NCBI GenBank assembly: GCA_963719515.1
Contig: CAVRCJ010000007.1
Span: 96,001-160,000, forward strand
Length of the DNA: 64,000 nucleotides
DNA from: an uncultured cyanobacterium
GTDB taxonomy: Bacteria > Cyanobacteriota > Cyanobacteriia > CAKZMO01
Reading direction: 5' to 3'
The position numbers and the translations under genes are program-made. Position 1 is the first letter of the stretch, and each line of letters starts with the position of its first letter. Shown piece after piece: positions 51,810 through 61,889 of this stretch. The notes below the pieces were generated by a model. That model saw only the letters and a list, made by a program, of their open reading frames with translations, made no database searches and was not told where the DNA came from.

Positions 51810-52349
51810 ATGGCGATGACGGCTGTGGAGGTTGGACTGCAGCTTGACCCTGTCGATCTTGTGGCGACGGTAGTTGCCTCCAGCGTCGGGCATGATCCTA
51901 TTGACGTGCTTGCCCCGGCTACTTGGGAGCAGTGGATGACTGACTGGCTAACCGGCCTGCAGTCCAATTTGCCTGCGGCTGCGGCCTATGAGCTAGGTCT
52001 CTTGCTGACCGACGACAACGGCATCCAGCAGTTCAACCGGGACTACCGGCATCAGGATAAGCCCACCGATGTGCTGTCCTTTGCGACCCTTGAGGTCGAA
52101 GGTGCGCCCAGCTGGGCTCCCGATTGTCCGGTTTACTTAGGAGACATTGTGATCTCTGTAGAGACCGCCCACAAGCAGGCCTGCGATCGCCACCACGCCC
52201 TAACCTACGAACTGGCTTGGCTAGCGGCCCACGGCCTCTTACATCTGCTAGGGTGGGACCATCCTGATGATGTTCAGCTGGAGGCAATGCTGCTGCTGCA
52301 AGACAAGTTGCTCTCGTCGGTTAGTTTGTTCCCGTCAAATCAAGACTAA
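51810..52349 (+). CDS. ybeY: rRNA maturation endoribonuclease YbeY
   Basis: NRDYR..DKPTDVLSF, LGDIVIS, HGLLHLLGWDH. Confidence 0.95.
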   Translation: MAMTAVEVGLQLDPVDLVATVVASSVGHDPIDVLAPATWEQWMTDWLTGLQSNLPAAAAYELGLLLTDDNGIQQFNRDYRHQDKPTDVLSFATLEVEGAPSWAPDCPVYLGDIVISVETAHKQACDRHHALTYELAWLAAHGLLHLLGWDHPDDVQLEAMLLLQDKLLSSVSLFPSNQD

Positions 52350-52559
52350 ATTCGTAAATGGTTCAGATAAAGCAGCATGACGGATACGAAGCTAGCATAT
52401 CTGTATATAGTTCTAAGTACATCGTTGTAGATACAGCTCCGAGCTTTACCCGTCAAGTTGTAGGGGTGTTGCGCCAGCGCAGCCCTACCGAGAGCGCTCC
52501 CCCCTCAAGCGCTATTGCTCGATACAGTTCTTGTCTAAGTTAAACGCTTTATTTAAGTC

Positions 52560-53048
52560 ATGTCTCAGCAACTTTCAACCGACTCTCGCGACATCGCTAA
52601 TTCATCGCTTGAGCCGCCGCGGACGGACCTTAAGCAGGCTGAGGAGCGAGACCTCTCTTGGCAAGTTGCATCCAACCTGTTTGTAAGCTTTCGGTACGCC
52701 TGGGCGGGAGTGACCTACGCCTTTCGAACTCAGCGAAACTTTCGCGTCCATAGTCTTATCGGTGTGGTGGCGATCGCTCTGGGACTATGGGTGCAGCTCG
52801 CGCGCGGCGAAATGGCGGTTATCGAGCTGACGATTGGAGTGGTAATGGCAATGGAGCTAGTGAATACGGCTGTTGAGGCCGTTGTTGATTTGGCGGTGGA
52901 GAATACTTACCACGAGCTCGCGAAGGTCGCGAAGGACTGCGCCGCCGGAGCCGTGCTAATCTCTGCGATAGCGGCGCTTGTGGTGGCCGGATCGCTGCTG
53001 CTACCGCCGCTGATCGATAAGGTTACCGCGATCGCCCTGTCGTATTGA
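52560..53048 (+). CDS. dgkA: Diacylglycerol/undecaprenol kinase
   Basis: SFRYAWAG, QRNFR, ELVNTAVEAVVD, AKDCAAGAV. Confidence 0.9.
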   Translation: MSQQLSTDSRDIANSSLEPPRTDLKQAEERDLSWQVASNLFVSFRYAWAGVTYAFRTQRNFRVHSLIGVVAIALGLWVQLARGEMAVIELTIGVVMAMELVNTAVEAVVDLAVENTYHELAKVAKDCAAGAVLISAIAALVVAGSLLLPPLIDKVTAIALSY

Positions 53049-53164
53049 GCCAAAATCACCGCCTAGTCGAGACGCGAGCCGAGAAGCTTGTGGGCTAAAG
53101 CGCGGTTGATAGAGGCTCCTTACAAAAGGTCTACGATAAGGGTTAAAACACAGGGCGGCTGGCT

Positions 53165-53758
53165 ATGATCTTGGTGATAGACAACTACGATAGCTTTACC
53201 TACAACCTGGTGCAGTACTTAGGCGAGCTGAGCGGTGAGTTTCCGGTTGCCTCAGATATTCAGGTGTTTCGTAACGACCAAATCACCCTAGAGCAGGTGA
53301 AACGGCTGCAGCCAGACGGTGTTGTCATTTCGCCAGGGCCGGGCCGACCCGATGAGGCGGGTATCTCAGGCGCTTTGATCGAGGCGATGGGCCGCAGCAC
53401 CCCGGTGCTGGGGGTTTGCCTGGGCCACCAAAGTATTGGCCAAGTGTTTGGAGGGCGCATCGGCAGCGCGCCGGAGCTGATGCACGGCAAAACCTCGCCC
53501 ATTCATCACCGGGGGCAGGGCGTCTTTGCGGGGCTAGATAACCCCTTTGAGGCAACGCGGTATCATAGTTTGGTCATTGATCCCGACAGCTGCCCTGAGG
53601 TGTTAGAGGTGACGGCCTGGACCGATGACGGTACTATTATGGGCGTGCAGCACAAGGAATATCCCCACGTTCAAGGGGTGCAGTTTCATCCGGAGAGCAT
53701 CCTGACGACGTCGGGAAAAGCTCTACTGGCTAATTTTTTGAAGGGGCTGAGGCCGTAA
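53165..53758 (+). CDS. trpG: Anthranilate/aminodeoxychorismate synthase component II
   Basis: [34 protein letters not shown]. Confidence 0.92.
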   Translation: MILVIDNYDSFTYNLVQYLGELSGEFPVASDIQVFRNDQITLEQVKRLQPDGVVISPGPGRPDEAGISGALIEAMGRSTPVLGVCLGHQSIGQVFGGRIGSAPELMHGKTSPIHHRGQGVFAGLDNPFEATRYHSLVIDPDSCPEVLEVTAWTDDGTIMGVQHKEYPHVQGVQFHPESILTTSGKALLANFLKGLRP

Positions 53759-53825
53759 GCTGCTTGCAAGCTCCTTCGAGCGCGATTTCCTGCCATACTG
53801 CCTGCCCTTGACTAGGTGAGACGAT

Positions 53826-54578
53826 ATGAAGCGACGAAAGTTTTTTCAATATGCCGGAGCTGGAGCGATCGCCACGCTGGGGCTATCCCGAGGCCAGCGG
53901 GCTCAGGCCCAATCCTCTAGCGTGACCATTGAGTGGCTGGGGCACACCTGCTTCCTTTTCAGCGGTGGACAGCGTATTTTGGTCAACCCGTTTCGTCCCG
54001 CTGGCTGTACCGCCGGATACCGAGCTCCCCAGGTGGCGGCAGACGTGGTCATGACCAGCAGCAAGCTGTTTGACGAGGGCTGGACTGTAGACCTGCCTGG
54101 AAATCCTCGTAAGCTCAGTGAACCCGGCATCTATGAGCTCGCGTCAGGGCGCGTCGAGGGCATCACCGCTGACCACGATCGTCAAGGCGGACGCCGGTTC
54201 GGCACCAATATTTTATGGCGCTGGAGTCAGGGCGGGCTGACAATTTTGCACATGGGCGGAGCGGCAGCGCCCGTTACTGAAGAGCAGAGAATTTTGGTGG
54301 GCCGGGCCGATGTTGTCTTGATCCCCGTTGGGGGAGGGCCCAAAGCCTACGCTCCCCAGGAGGCCAAAGCCGCTATCGAGCGTATCGGACCCAAAATTGT
54401 CATCCCTACCCACTACCGCACTGCCGCCGCTGATGCTGCCTGCGACCTCCAACCCCTAGATGATTTCCTCTCCATCATGGATGCCCCCGTGCGCCAGGTC
54501 GGCAGTCGCGCTTCCTTCAGCTCCGCTTCACTGCCCGAAAGCGGCTATCGAGTCGACGTCTTTGGGTACAACTTCTAG
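53826..54578 (+). CDS. MBL-fold metallo-hydrolase-like protein with Tat signal
   Basis: MKRRKFF twin-arginine signal; WLGHTCF, HMG, IPTHY. Confidence 0.82.
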   Translation: MKRRKFFQYAGAGAIATLGLSRGQRAQAQSSSVTIEWLGHTCFLFSGGQRILVNPFRPAGCTAGYRAPQVAADVVMTSSKLFDEGWTVDLPGNPRKLSEPGIYELASGRVEGITADHDRQGGRRFGTNILWRWSQGGLTILHMGGAAAPVTEEQRILVGRADVVLIPVGGGPKAYAPQEAKAAIERIGPKIVIPTHYRTAAADAACDLQPLDDFLSIMDAPVRQVGSRASFSSASLPESGYRVDVFGYNF

Positions 54579-54611
54579 GGCTTTTATTTAAGACTTCTTT
54601 GCAGAGTGATT

Positions 54612-55934
54612 ATGCCTCAAATCGATCAGGGTGAATATCGGCAGCGGCGCGATCGCCTGATGGCGGCCATTGATGGCGGTACCGCTATCTTCCGCAGCGC
54701 CTCCATGGCGGTAATGCACAACGATGTCGAATACAACTTCCGTCAGGACAGCGATTTCTACTATTTGACCGGCTTCAATGAGCCGGACGCCGTAGCCGTA
54801 TTTGCCCCCCACCACGAGGAGCATCGCTACGTGCTGTTTGTGCGGCCCAAAGATGCCCTCAAAGAAACCTGGTCGGGCTACCGGGTGGGGGTGGAAGCCG
54901 CCAAGGAGCGCTTTGGGGCTGACGAAGTCTATCCCATTGAAGAGCTAGACGAAAAGCTGCCTCAGTACCTGGAGAAAGCCGATCGCATCTTCTACCGCAT
55001 CGGCCGCGATCGCCCCTTTAACGACCGCGTGCTGCGCCACTGGCAGCGCCTCATGCGCAGCTATCCCAAGCGAGGCAGTGGCCCCATCGCCATTGAAGAC
55101 CCCGCCCCGCGCCTACATCCCCTGCGGCAGGTAAAAAGCGACGCTGAGCTAGCGCTGATGCGGCGGGCTGCCGAGATTTCCGCTGATGCCCACTGTAAGG
55201 CCATGGCGATCGCCCGACCGGGGCTATATGAGCGCGAAATTCAGACGGAGCTAGAGTACGCCTTCCGCAAGCAGGGGGCTGCAGGACCGGCCTATCCCTC
55301 CATTGTGGCGTCAGGGGCCAACGCCTGCATTCTCCACTACACCGAAAATGAGTCTCAGCTTCAGAATGGCGACCTGCTGCTGGTGGATGCGGGCTGCGTC
55401 TGCGACTACTACAACGCCGACATCACCCGTACCTTTCCCGTGGGCGATACCTTCACCCCGGAGCAGCGTATTCTCTACGAGCTAGTGCTCACGGCCCAGG
55501 AGAAGGCGATCGCCCAGGCCGTTCCCGGCAACGCCTACAGCGCGGTACACGATACTGCTGTCCAGGTGCTCGTAGAGGGCCTTATTGACCTGGGACTGCT
55601 CAAGGGTAAGGCAGAGGACATCATCGAGAAGGAAGCCTACAAGCCCTTTTATATGCACCGTACGGGCCACTGGCTGGGGCTAGACGTTCACGACGTTGGG
55701 ATCTATAAGCGGGGAGAAGAGCCGTTTAATCTAGCGCCGGGTCAGGTATTTACCGTGGAGCCGGGGCTGTATATTTCCCCGACAATTGAGGCCGCAGAGG
55801 ACCAGCCGGAGGTGCCGGAGCGCTGGCGCGGTATTGGAATTCGCATTGAAGATGACGTCTTGGTGACGGCTGAGGGACACGAGGTGCTGACGGCGGCGGT
55901 GCCCAAGGCGATGGAAGCTCTAGAGCACCGATGA
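54612..55934 (+). CDS. pepP: Xaa-Pro aminopeptidase
   Basis: FRQDSDFYYLTGF, DAG...DITRTFP, HWLGLDVHD, TVEPG, RIEDD. Confidence 0.95.
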   Translation: MPQIDQGEYRQRRDRLMAAIDGGTAIFRSASMAVMHNDVEYNFRQDSDFYYLTGFNEPDAVAVFAPHHEEHRYVLFVRPKDALKETWSGYRVGVEAAKERFGADEVYPIEELDEKLPQYLEKADRIFYRIGRDRPFNDRVLRHWQRLMRSYPKRGSGPIAIEDPAPRLHPLRQVKSDAELALMRRAAEISADAHCKAMAIARPGLYEREIQTELEYAFRKQGAAGPAYPSIVASGANACILHYTENESQLQNGDLLLVDAGCVCDYYNADITRTFPVGDTFTPEQRILYELVLTAQEKAIAQAVPGNAYSAVHDTAVQVLVEGLIDLGLLKGKAEDIIEKEAYKPFYMHRTGHWLGLDVHDVGIYKRGEEPFNLAPGQVFTVEPGLYISPTIEAAEDQPEVPERWRGIGIRIEDDVLVTAEGHEVLTAAVPKAMEALEHR

Positions 55935-55980
55935 GTCCTGCTGAGACCTTCAGCCTTAGGACTCGAAGTCCTCAATAGCA

Positions 55981-56520
55981 TCACCCTCGGAGCTTCTGGG
56001 TGTTGGTTAGTAGGCTTTGCGCAAACTTGTCAAACCGCTCCCCAAGCTTTTCGTCCTTGAGGGTGCCGTCTTCTTCAAAGGCTTGCCACGCCTGCCCAAT
56101 TGCAATTTGCTCGGGGATGACCCAGGCATGTACCCAGCGCATAATGAGCCGCAGTTCGTTGAGCGCGTTGCTGTTCGGCTGTCCGCCCAAAACGCTAATC
56201 AGCCCGGCTACTTTGCCGCTCAGCTCGTCAAAGCTCATTAGGTCCAGCGCGTTTTTAATCACGCCACTGACGCTGCCGTGATACTCCGGAGTCGCCAAAA
56301 TTAGGCCGTCGGCCTGCTTCACCGCATTCTGCAGCACCGCCACATCAGGATGCTCGGGATAGCCCTCCCCCCCGTCGCAAAACGGCAGCGCCATGCTCCG
56401 CAGGTCGAGCACCTCTACTTCGGCCCCTAGGGCCTCAACTCGGGCGATCGCTAGGTGCAGCGCCTGCATACTGTGGGAGTCAGTTCGTAGGCTACCGCCA
56501 AGGCCAACAATTTTAGTCAT
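55981..56520 (-). CDS. NADPH-dependent FMN reductase
   Basis: GGSLR, ATPEYHGSVSGVIKNALD. Confidence 0.92.
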   Translation of the reverse strand: MTKIVGLGGSLRTDSHSMQALHLAIARVEALGAEVEVLDLRSMALPFCDGGEGYPEHPDVAVLQNAVKQADGLILATPEYHGSVSGVIKNALDLMSFDELSGKVAGLISVLGGQPNSNALNELRLIMRWVHAWVIPEQIAIGQAWQAFEEDGTLKDEKLGERFDKFAQSLLTNTQKLRG

Positions 56521-56588
56521 CTGAAAATTTTTCGGTGTGAACGTCTATGGGAAAAGTATCATTCTACTTCAGGATACAAATCAATCTA

Positions 56589-59500
56589 CTATAGGCCCAG
56601 ACGGGTGAGCAGGCCATCAACCCCCGTCACCGCCAAGACCCCTGCTGTTATTGCCGTTGTCGCTGAAGTGACGGCGATCGCAAACAGCCACCAGGCTGCT
56701 GCGGCCAACGCTTTGCGGGCCTCGTTGAGCTGCTCTAGTGCGGCCTGCTGCAGCGCGGCTTGGCGATGGCGAATCTCCTGCTCTACCCCGGCTACCCGCT
56801 CCTGCACCCAGTCCTTGAGGTCTTCTGCCTGAGCCAGCAGCGTTTCTGAAACGCCTTGGGCCTTGAGCAGCTGACGGAACGCATCTTGAGCGAACTGGGC
56901 CACCGCTGCCGCAATGCCCTCAGGGGCGCTCAGCAGCTTGAGGGGCTGCAGGGCTGAGATATCCGGTGAATTGGACAGCAGCGCCTGCAAATCTGTCTTC
57001 AGTCGACTGGGGTCGAAGGCGAGATATTCTGAGCTTTTTAGAATGGTACTAATCGACGAAAACCAAGACTCTAGGGAGGCTTGAGCCTGCTGACGGGCCT
57101 GGTCTGCCTGGGCCAACAGCTGTTGGGCAAATAGCTCTAAGGCCTGCCAAATGGTCTCAATTTGGTCAGCGGTCAGATCCTTGCGCTGAGCAACAGTTTT
57201 TTTGAGCGCACCCCAGTCGAAGCTGCTGATTTCCGCTGCGGCAGCGGCCTGAATGTCCTGGAGCTGGCCTAGCCCTTGCCCCAACTGCCCCAATTGCTGA
57301 TTGGACGACCGCCAGAGCCATTCTAGGTTGTGGCGAATTTCTTCTGGGGAAAGCTGGTCAGGGCTGCTGTGGGCAAGATACTCAAGGGCGCTGTCCCAAA
57401 AGGTTTTTACCTCAGCCGATCGCCGCAGCGCCCAGCGTCTGGGGGGCTTAAGAAAATCGGTGAGGGCGGTTTGAACCTGCTGAGTAGCCTGCTCAACTTG
57501 AACCTCTGAAGCCTCGAGCTGAATTTGAGCCTTTTTTTGCAGGGTTGGCCAGTTTACCTGGCTAAGCGATCGCCGCAGCGTCTGGGGATCATTAATAGTT
57601 TCTTTCAGAGGCTCCATCAGTTTGGGAATCAGGTCTTGAGCCTTTACTGTTTTGGCGATCAGCTGGGACACCGTCAGGATCAGCGCCCCTTCGATTGCCA
57701 GCATGACCTTAGGGCTGATGGGCTTGTCTTCAGCCTCGTCACTTCTAGCCTCCACCGCCGCATGGTGCTGCCACGCCGTCTGCACCTGCTGAATAAGGAG
57801 GTCTTGCTGCCCGGAGTCTAATCCTTGGCGGCGGCTGAGCACCTCGGTTAGGGGAACCATCGGCAGCTCGGGTCTGATCTGGCGCAGCGCCTTGTTGGTC
57901 AAGGCAGACTCACTCACCAGGGTCTCAACTTTTTCGGCGATCGCCGCGTGGGTCATCTGGCTTAGGCTGGTGTAGTGCAGGTAATTCTCCAGCTTCTGCT
58001 GAATTTCTGCGATCGCCTCGCGCTGCTGTGCGGTTGGCGCGTCGCCTTTGACGTTGGTTTCCTCGCTCTCGCTCTCGGTATTTGCGGTTTCGTCAACTTG
58101 GCCGGAATCAGAAGCCTGTAACTCTGTTAGGGATGCGATCGCAGACTGGCGAATGGTGTCTAGTTTGGCTGCAAGGTCTTCTATCTGCTCTTGAACTAGG
58201 TCCCCTCGCTCCCTCAAACTGCGAACGAAGTCTTCCGAGCCCAGCGCCTTGAGCTGCGGCAAGACCTGGTCCGCTGCTGCTTCTGGGTCCACCAGCAGGT
58301 CTCGAAAGTCTTGCTGTAGGGTGTCATCGCTCAAGCGCCAGGGAGAAACCTGGCGCAGGTAGTCCGCCACATCTTCGCGGATGACCTGACCGCCAAGGTC
58401 GAGGGACAAACCGCCTGACATCAGCCCCGAGGCGTTGCCCTGCAGCCAGTCTTGCAGAAGCGGGCTAACTCGGCTCCAGATCATCTGGATATCCAGGTCG
58501 GTCAAATCCACTCGCTGTCGGAGCATTTGCCGGAGGTGGTCCACCATGTCTGCGCTGGTGACACTTTCTTTAGCCTCTCCAGAACTTTCAGCGTTCAAGC
58601 TCGACTGACCTGCTTCTAGAGGAATTTCTGAGGAACTCTCTGGGCGAACCGAAGCGCTGTCCTGCTGGATGCTCGCCAGCAGGGTCTGCACCGCTTCCGG
58701 CGTCAGATCTTTTGCTGAGGCTGTCGAAAACAAGTCCTGAAGCGGCTGAAGTGATTGAGGAAGATTGTCGGTGACGCGCTCCCAAGCCTGGTGAAGCAGC
58801 TCCGCGATCGCCTCAGCGGCCTCTCCCACAACCCCTAGCTCGTCTTTGACCCATTGAGAAAAGGTGCTGAGGTCGACCTGTGGCAAAAAGCCCTGCTGCT
58901 CAGGGCGGGCGAGGTCGGACTGTGCCAGGGTCTCTTCAAACTTGGGCTGTAGACTGTCGAGCCGATGCGGCGGCGGCATGCGCTCATCCACGTAGCCTTC
59001 GATAAGCGCTGGAATATCGATTTGGGCGATCGCCGCCTGGGTTTCTTGATGGACAAGCTCGGCGGCGGTCGCAGGTGTGAGGGACGCCTCAGCGTCACCA
59101 GACAGCGACTGCATCACCGCGCTCAGCGCCTTAAAAATTTGCCGCAGCCCCGACACCGCTGAGCTGAGGACGAAGGCCACCAGCGAATTGGCCGCGCTGG
59201 TGCTGAGCCAGGTCATCACCAGCATGTAGGCCGACCAAATCACGAGCCCCAGAACGGCTCCCGAAAAGGCGGTCACAGCGCCGCAGAACTTGACCGCCGC
59301 GTAGCAGGCTGTAGCCAGCACGCCGTTGACGGTCAGCAGCAGTCCCAGCCCAGCGGCGATGCTGAGGGTGCCAGCGCTAATCGACCCCGATTCCTTCTCC
59401 GGGTCACCGGAGCGGCCATCGCCTTCGGTCTCTGCGTTGTCTTTAGACCTGCTCCAGGACTGACCGCCCCAAATGGTGATGCCGACGGCAAGCCCTAAAT

Positions 59501-59699
59501 TTGTAAGCAGTAGCTGACAGGTGAAAGCAATCAGCAGTCCGACGATGAGCGCGGCGACGACTTGGGACGCAGGATTTGTGGCAATCATCACAGGAAACCC
59601 TTCAGATAGCGGTATCCCCACGATACTTATTTTTGATGGCCCTGGTGACTGGCTAATGGTTGAGAGTAGGTCGGCGTACCAGTAAAGCGAGCCAGTCAA
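56589..59699 (-). CDS. Large (~1000 aa) helical membrane protein of unknown function
   Basis: N-terminal transmembrane helices (AFTCQLLLTNLGLAVG), long Q/E/L-rich helical middle, C-terminal helix (AAAWWLF). Start is TTG 59699 or ATG 59588. Confidence 0.8.
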   Translation of the reverse strand: MTGSLYWYADLLSTISQSPGPSKISIVGIPLSEGFPVMIATNPASQVVAALIVGLLIAFTCQLLLTNLGLAVGITIWGGQSWSRSKDNAETEGDGRSGDPEKESGSISAGTLSIAAGLGLLLTVNGVLATACYAAVKFCGAVTAFSGAVLGLVIWSAYMLVMTWLSTSAANSLVAFVLSSAVSGLRQIFKALSAVMQSLSGDAEASLTPATAAELVHQETQAAIAQIDIPALIEGYVDERMPPPHRLDSLQPKFEETLAQSDLARPEQQGFLPQVDLSTFSQWVKDELGVVGEAAEAIAELLHQAWERVTDNLPQSLQPLQDLFSTASAKDLTPEAVQTLLASIQQDSASVRPESSSEIPLEAGQSSLNAESSGEAKESVTSADMVDHLRQMLRQRVDLTDLDIQMIWSRVSPLLQDWLQGNASGLMSGGLSLDLGGQVIREDVADYLRQVSPWRLSDDTLQQDFRDLLVDPEAAADQVLPQLKALGSEDFVRSLRERGDLVQEQIEDLAAKLDTIRQSAIASLTELQASDSGQVDETANTESESEETNVKGDAPTAQQREAIAEIQQKLENYLHYTSLSQMTHAAIAEKVETLVSESALTNKALRQIRPELPMVPLTEVLSRRQGLDSGQQDLLIQQVQTAWQHHAAVEARSDEAEDKPISPKVMLAIEGALILTVSQLIAKTVKAQDLIPKLMEPLKETINDPQTLRRSLSQVNWPTLQKKAQIQLEASEVQVEQATQQVQTALTDFLKPPRRWALRRSAEVKTFWDSALEYLAHSSPDQLSPEEIRHNLEWLWRSSNQQLGQLGQGLGQLQDIQAAAAAEISSFDWGALKKTVAQRKDLTADQIETIWQALELFAQQLLAQADQARQQAQASLESWFSSISTILKSSEYLAFDPSRLKTDLQALLSNSPDISALQPLKLLSAPEGIAAAVAQFAQDAFRQLLKAQGVSETLLAQAEDLKDWVQERVAGVEQEIRHRQAALQQAALEQLNEARKALAAAAWWLFAIAVTSATTAITAGVLAVTGVDGLLTRLGL

Positions 59700-60255
59700 T
59701 CATCTCAACAATCATCCCAACTAGAGCGAGAGTGCTTTCTTTAAAAGAGAAACAAACCTCTACGACTCAAGTTAGCTGCTGGAATCTAATGCTATTCTCA
59801 GTGCTGTCTCAGATACAAGCATTACTTTTTATATGTGCAGCAAGCCTGAGATTTACATAATATTTCTCATGCTGAATCCAGTTAGCAATTGTCGAATTTA
59901 GCTCAGGGTAATCTAGGAATTATTTGATAAAGATCTAAGTCAACCAAAAGAGTTTCTTCGCAGACAAACCTGCTTACGCCGGGGATCTAGAGCCGCTGAA
60001 GGTAGGCGCTAATTCGCGCTTCTTCAAGATGCTATGCTCCCGAAAGCTATGCTCGCCTCAATTCTAATCCGCTCAAATCGCTGCATTTATTACTATCAGG
60101 TCAAAGCTATCCTGAGGGATTAAATCTCTCAGAGCAGCCTGAATTTAGAATGAATGCCGCTATAAAACTGCGGTCAAAAGTACGCTCATCTTTCAATGAT
60201 TCAATCAGCACGATTGAAGAGAGTTTTCGCTTTTTAATACTTTAAGGAATGCCAA

Positions 60256-61434
60256 ATGAACCCTATCGAAGTTACTGTTTCTATTGAGAATATATCTCCT
60301 GAGAATGGAACTACTTTAACGCCCTTATGGTTTGGCTTCCATGACGGCAACTTTGACACCTACGATCGCGGACGTCCGGTCTCCCCTGGCCTTGAGTCTC
60401 TGGCAGAGGATGGGGCGACCGAGCTTATCTCTCAGGAATTTGACCTAGCAGGCTTTGGCGCTGTGCAAGGTGCGATTCCGGGCCTAGAAGGGACGCCCGG
60501 TCCTATTGACCCCGGCGAAACGGCTACCGTGACGGTCGAGCTAGACGGCAGTGACTCAACCAGCCGCTTTTTCAACTACGCCTCAATGGTGCTCCCTAGC
60601 AATGACTTCTTTATCGCTAACGGGAATGAGCAGGGAATTCCCATTTTTGACGAAGCGGGCAACTTCATTGGGGCAGACTTCATTGTCTTAGGCTCCAGCG
60701 TTTTGGATGCCGGGTCAGAAGTCAATGACGAGCTGCCGGCAAACACCGCCTTCTTCGGGCAGCAGGCTCCAGACACCGGGGTCGTCGAGAATGGCGTTGT
60801 GCAGCTGGCTGAAGGCTTCATCCCCGGTGGCCCCATCCTGAGCAGTGAAGACTTCGGCAACGCCGATTTCACCGCTGAAGGGTATCAGGTCGCCCGCATT
60901 CGAGTATTTGCGGCATCGCTAGCAATGCAGGGGACGAGCGGCGACAATAATATTGTCGGCAGCGCAGGGGACGATACCCTCAATGGCCGTAGGGGCAACG
61001 ACACGATTAGCGGCCTCGCGGGCAATGATACCTTACGAGGCGCTAAGGATGACGATGTCCTGATTGGTGGCTCGGGCCGCGATCGCCTGTTTGGTGGTCA
61101 AGGCGACGACAGCCTCCTAGGGGGCGGCGGCCGCGACCTGCTTCGAGCGGGAAGTGGCAGCGATCGCCTCGACGGGGGGAGAGGAAATGACATCATCCGC
61201 ACGGGGGCGGGGGACGATAGCATCGTGCTTAGAGCTGGCGACGGCCGCGATCGCATCTTCCGCTTTGATGCCCAAGGCAGCGATCAATTTTTGTTGGAAG
61301 ATATTAGCTTTGGGCAAATCAGCCTCAGTACTAGCGGCAGAAATACTGAAATTGCCTTTGGCGACGAGCTTTTAGCCGTTGTAGTCAATAATACTAGCTT
61401 GACAGTGGGGGATTTCGAGACGTTTAACGCCTAA
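60256..61434 (+). CDS. Spondin-like domain protein with RTX (hemolysin-type) Ca-binding repeats
   Basis: TPLWFGFHDG, LAEDG, SMVLPSNDFF, DAGSEVNDE; many GGxGxDxL nonapeptides; AAGGA ribosome-binding site. Confidence 0.85.
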   Translation: MNPIEVTVSIENISPENGTTLTPLWFGFHDGNFDTYDRGRPVSPGLESLAEDGATELISQEFDLAGFGAVQGAIPGLEGTPGPIDPGETATVTVELDGSDSTSRFFNYASMVLPSNDFFIANGNEQGIPIFDEAGNFIGADFIVLGSSVLDAGSEVNDELPANTAFFGQQAPDTGVVENGVVQLAEGFIPGGPILSSEDFGNADFTAEGYQVARIRVFAASLAMQGTSGDNNIVGSAGDDTLNGRRGNDTISGLAGNDTLRGAKDDDVLIGGSGRDRLFGGQGDDSLLGGGGRDLLRAGSGSDRLDGGRGNDIIRTGAGDDSIVLRAGDGRDRIFRFDAQGSDQFLLEDISFGQISLSTSGRNTEIAFGDELLAVVVNNTSLTVGDFETFNA

Positions 61435-61468
61435 TCAAATGGCCTTCCCCTGAAGCGCGAAGATGTCT

Positions 61469-61884
61469 GTAGGGTGGGCGATGCCCAGTATCTGTTTAGC
61501 GCGATCCTGGCCCTCACCCCCGGCCCCTCTCCCAGCTACGGCCTCCGGCCACGCTACGCGAAAGGGAGTGGGGAGTCTGGTTCCCTTCCCTCAGCATTGA
61601 TATCGCTGGCGAAATATTTCGTAATAGCATTTGGCGTCCTGCAGGCCCCCTCCGCCCCCAATCCTGGGGGAACCAGAAAAATGCCAGACTTCTTGATATT
61701 AAAGACTTTCAAGAATTCTGACTTCGAATCTTGCTCCCCCAAACTTGGGGGCCGGGGGGCCTCTTTAAGGGGTGAAACAGCACGAATGTTACAAGGTATG
61801 AAATTCGCCAGCGGTATCAGCATTGGGGGAAGGGCTAGGGATGGGGGCTTCCAGAACGCTAAACACATACGATGCCCACCCTAC
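61469..61884. mobile_element. Nested REP/MITE-like palindromic element (non-autonomous)
   Basis: Ends are GTAGGGTGGGC and GCCCACCCTAC. Internal inverted-repeat pairs at 61510-61533/61825-61848, 61598-61615/61802-61819 (flanked by GCAT), 61643-61671/61735-61762 and 61685-61696/61709-61720. Confidence 0.75.
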
Positions 61885-61889
61885 TATGA

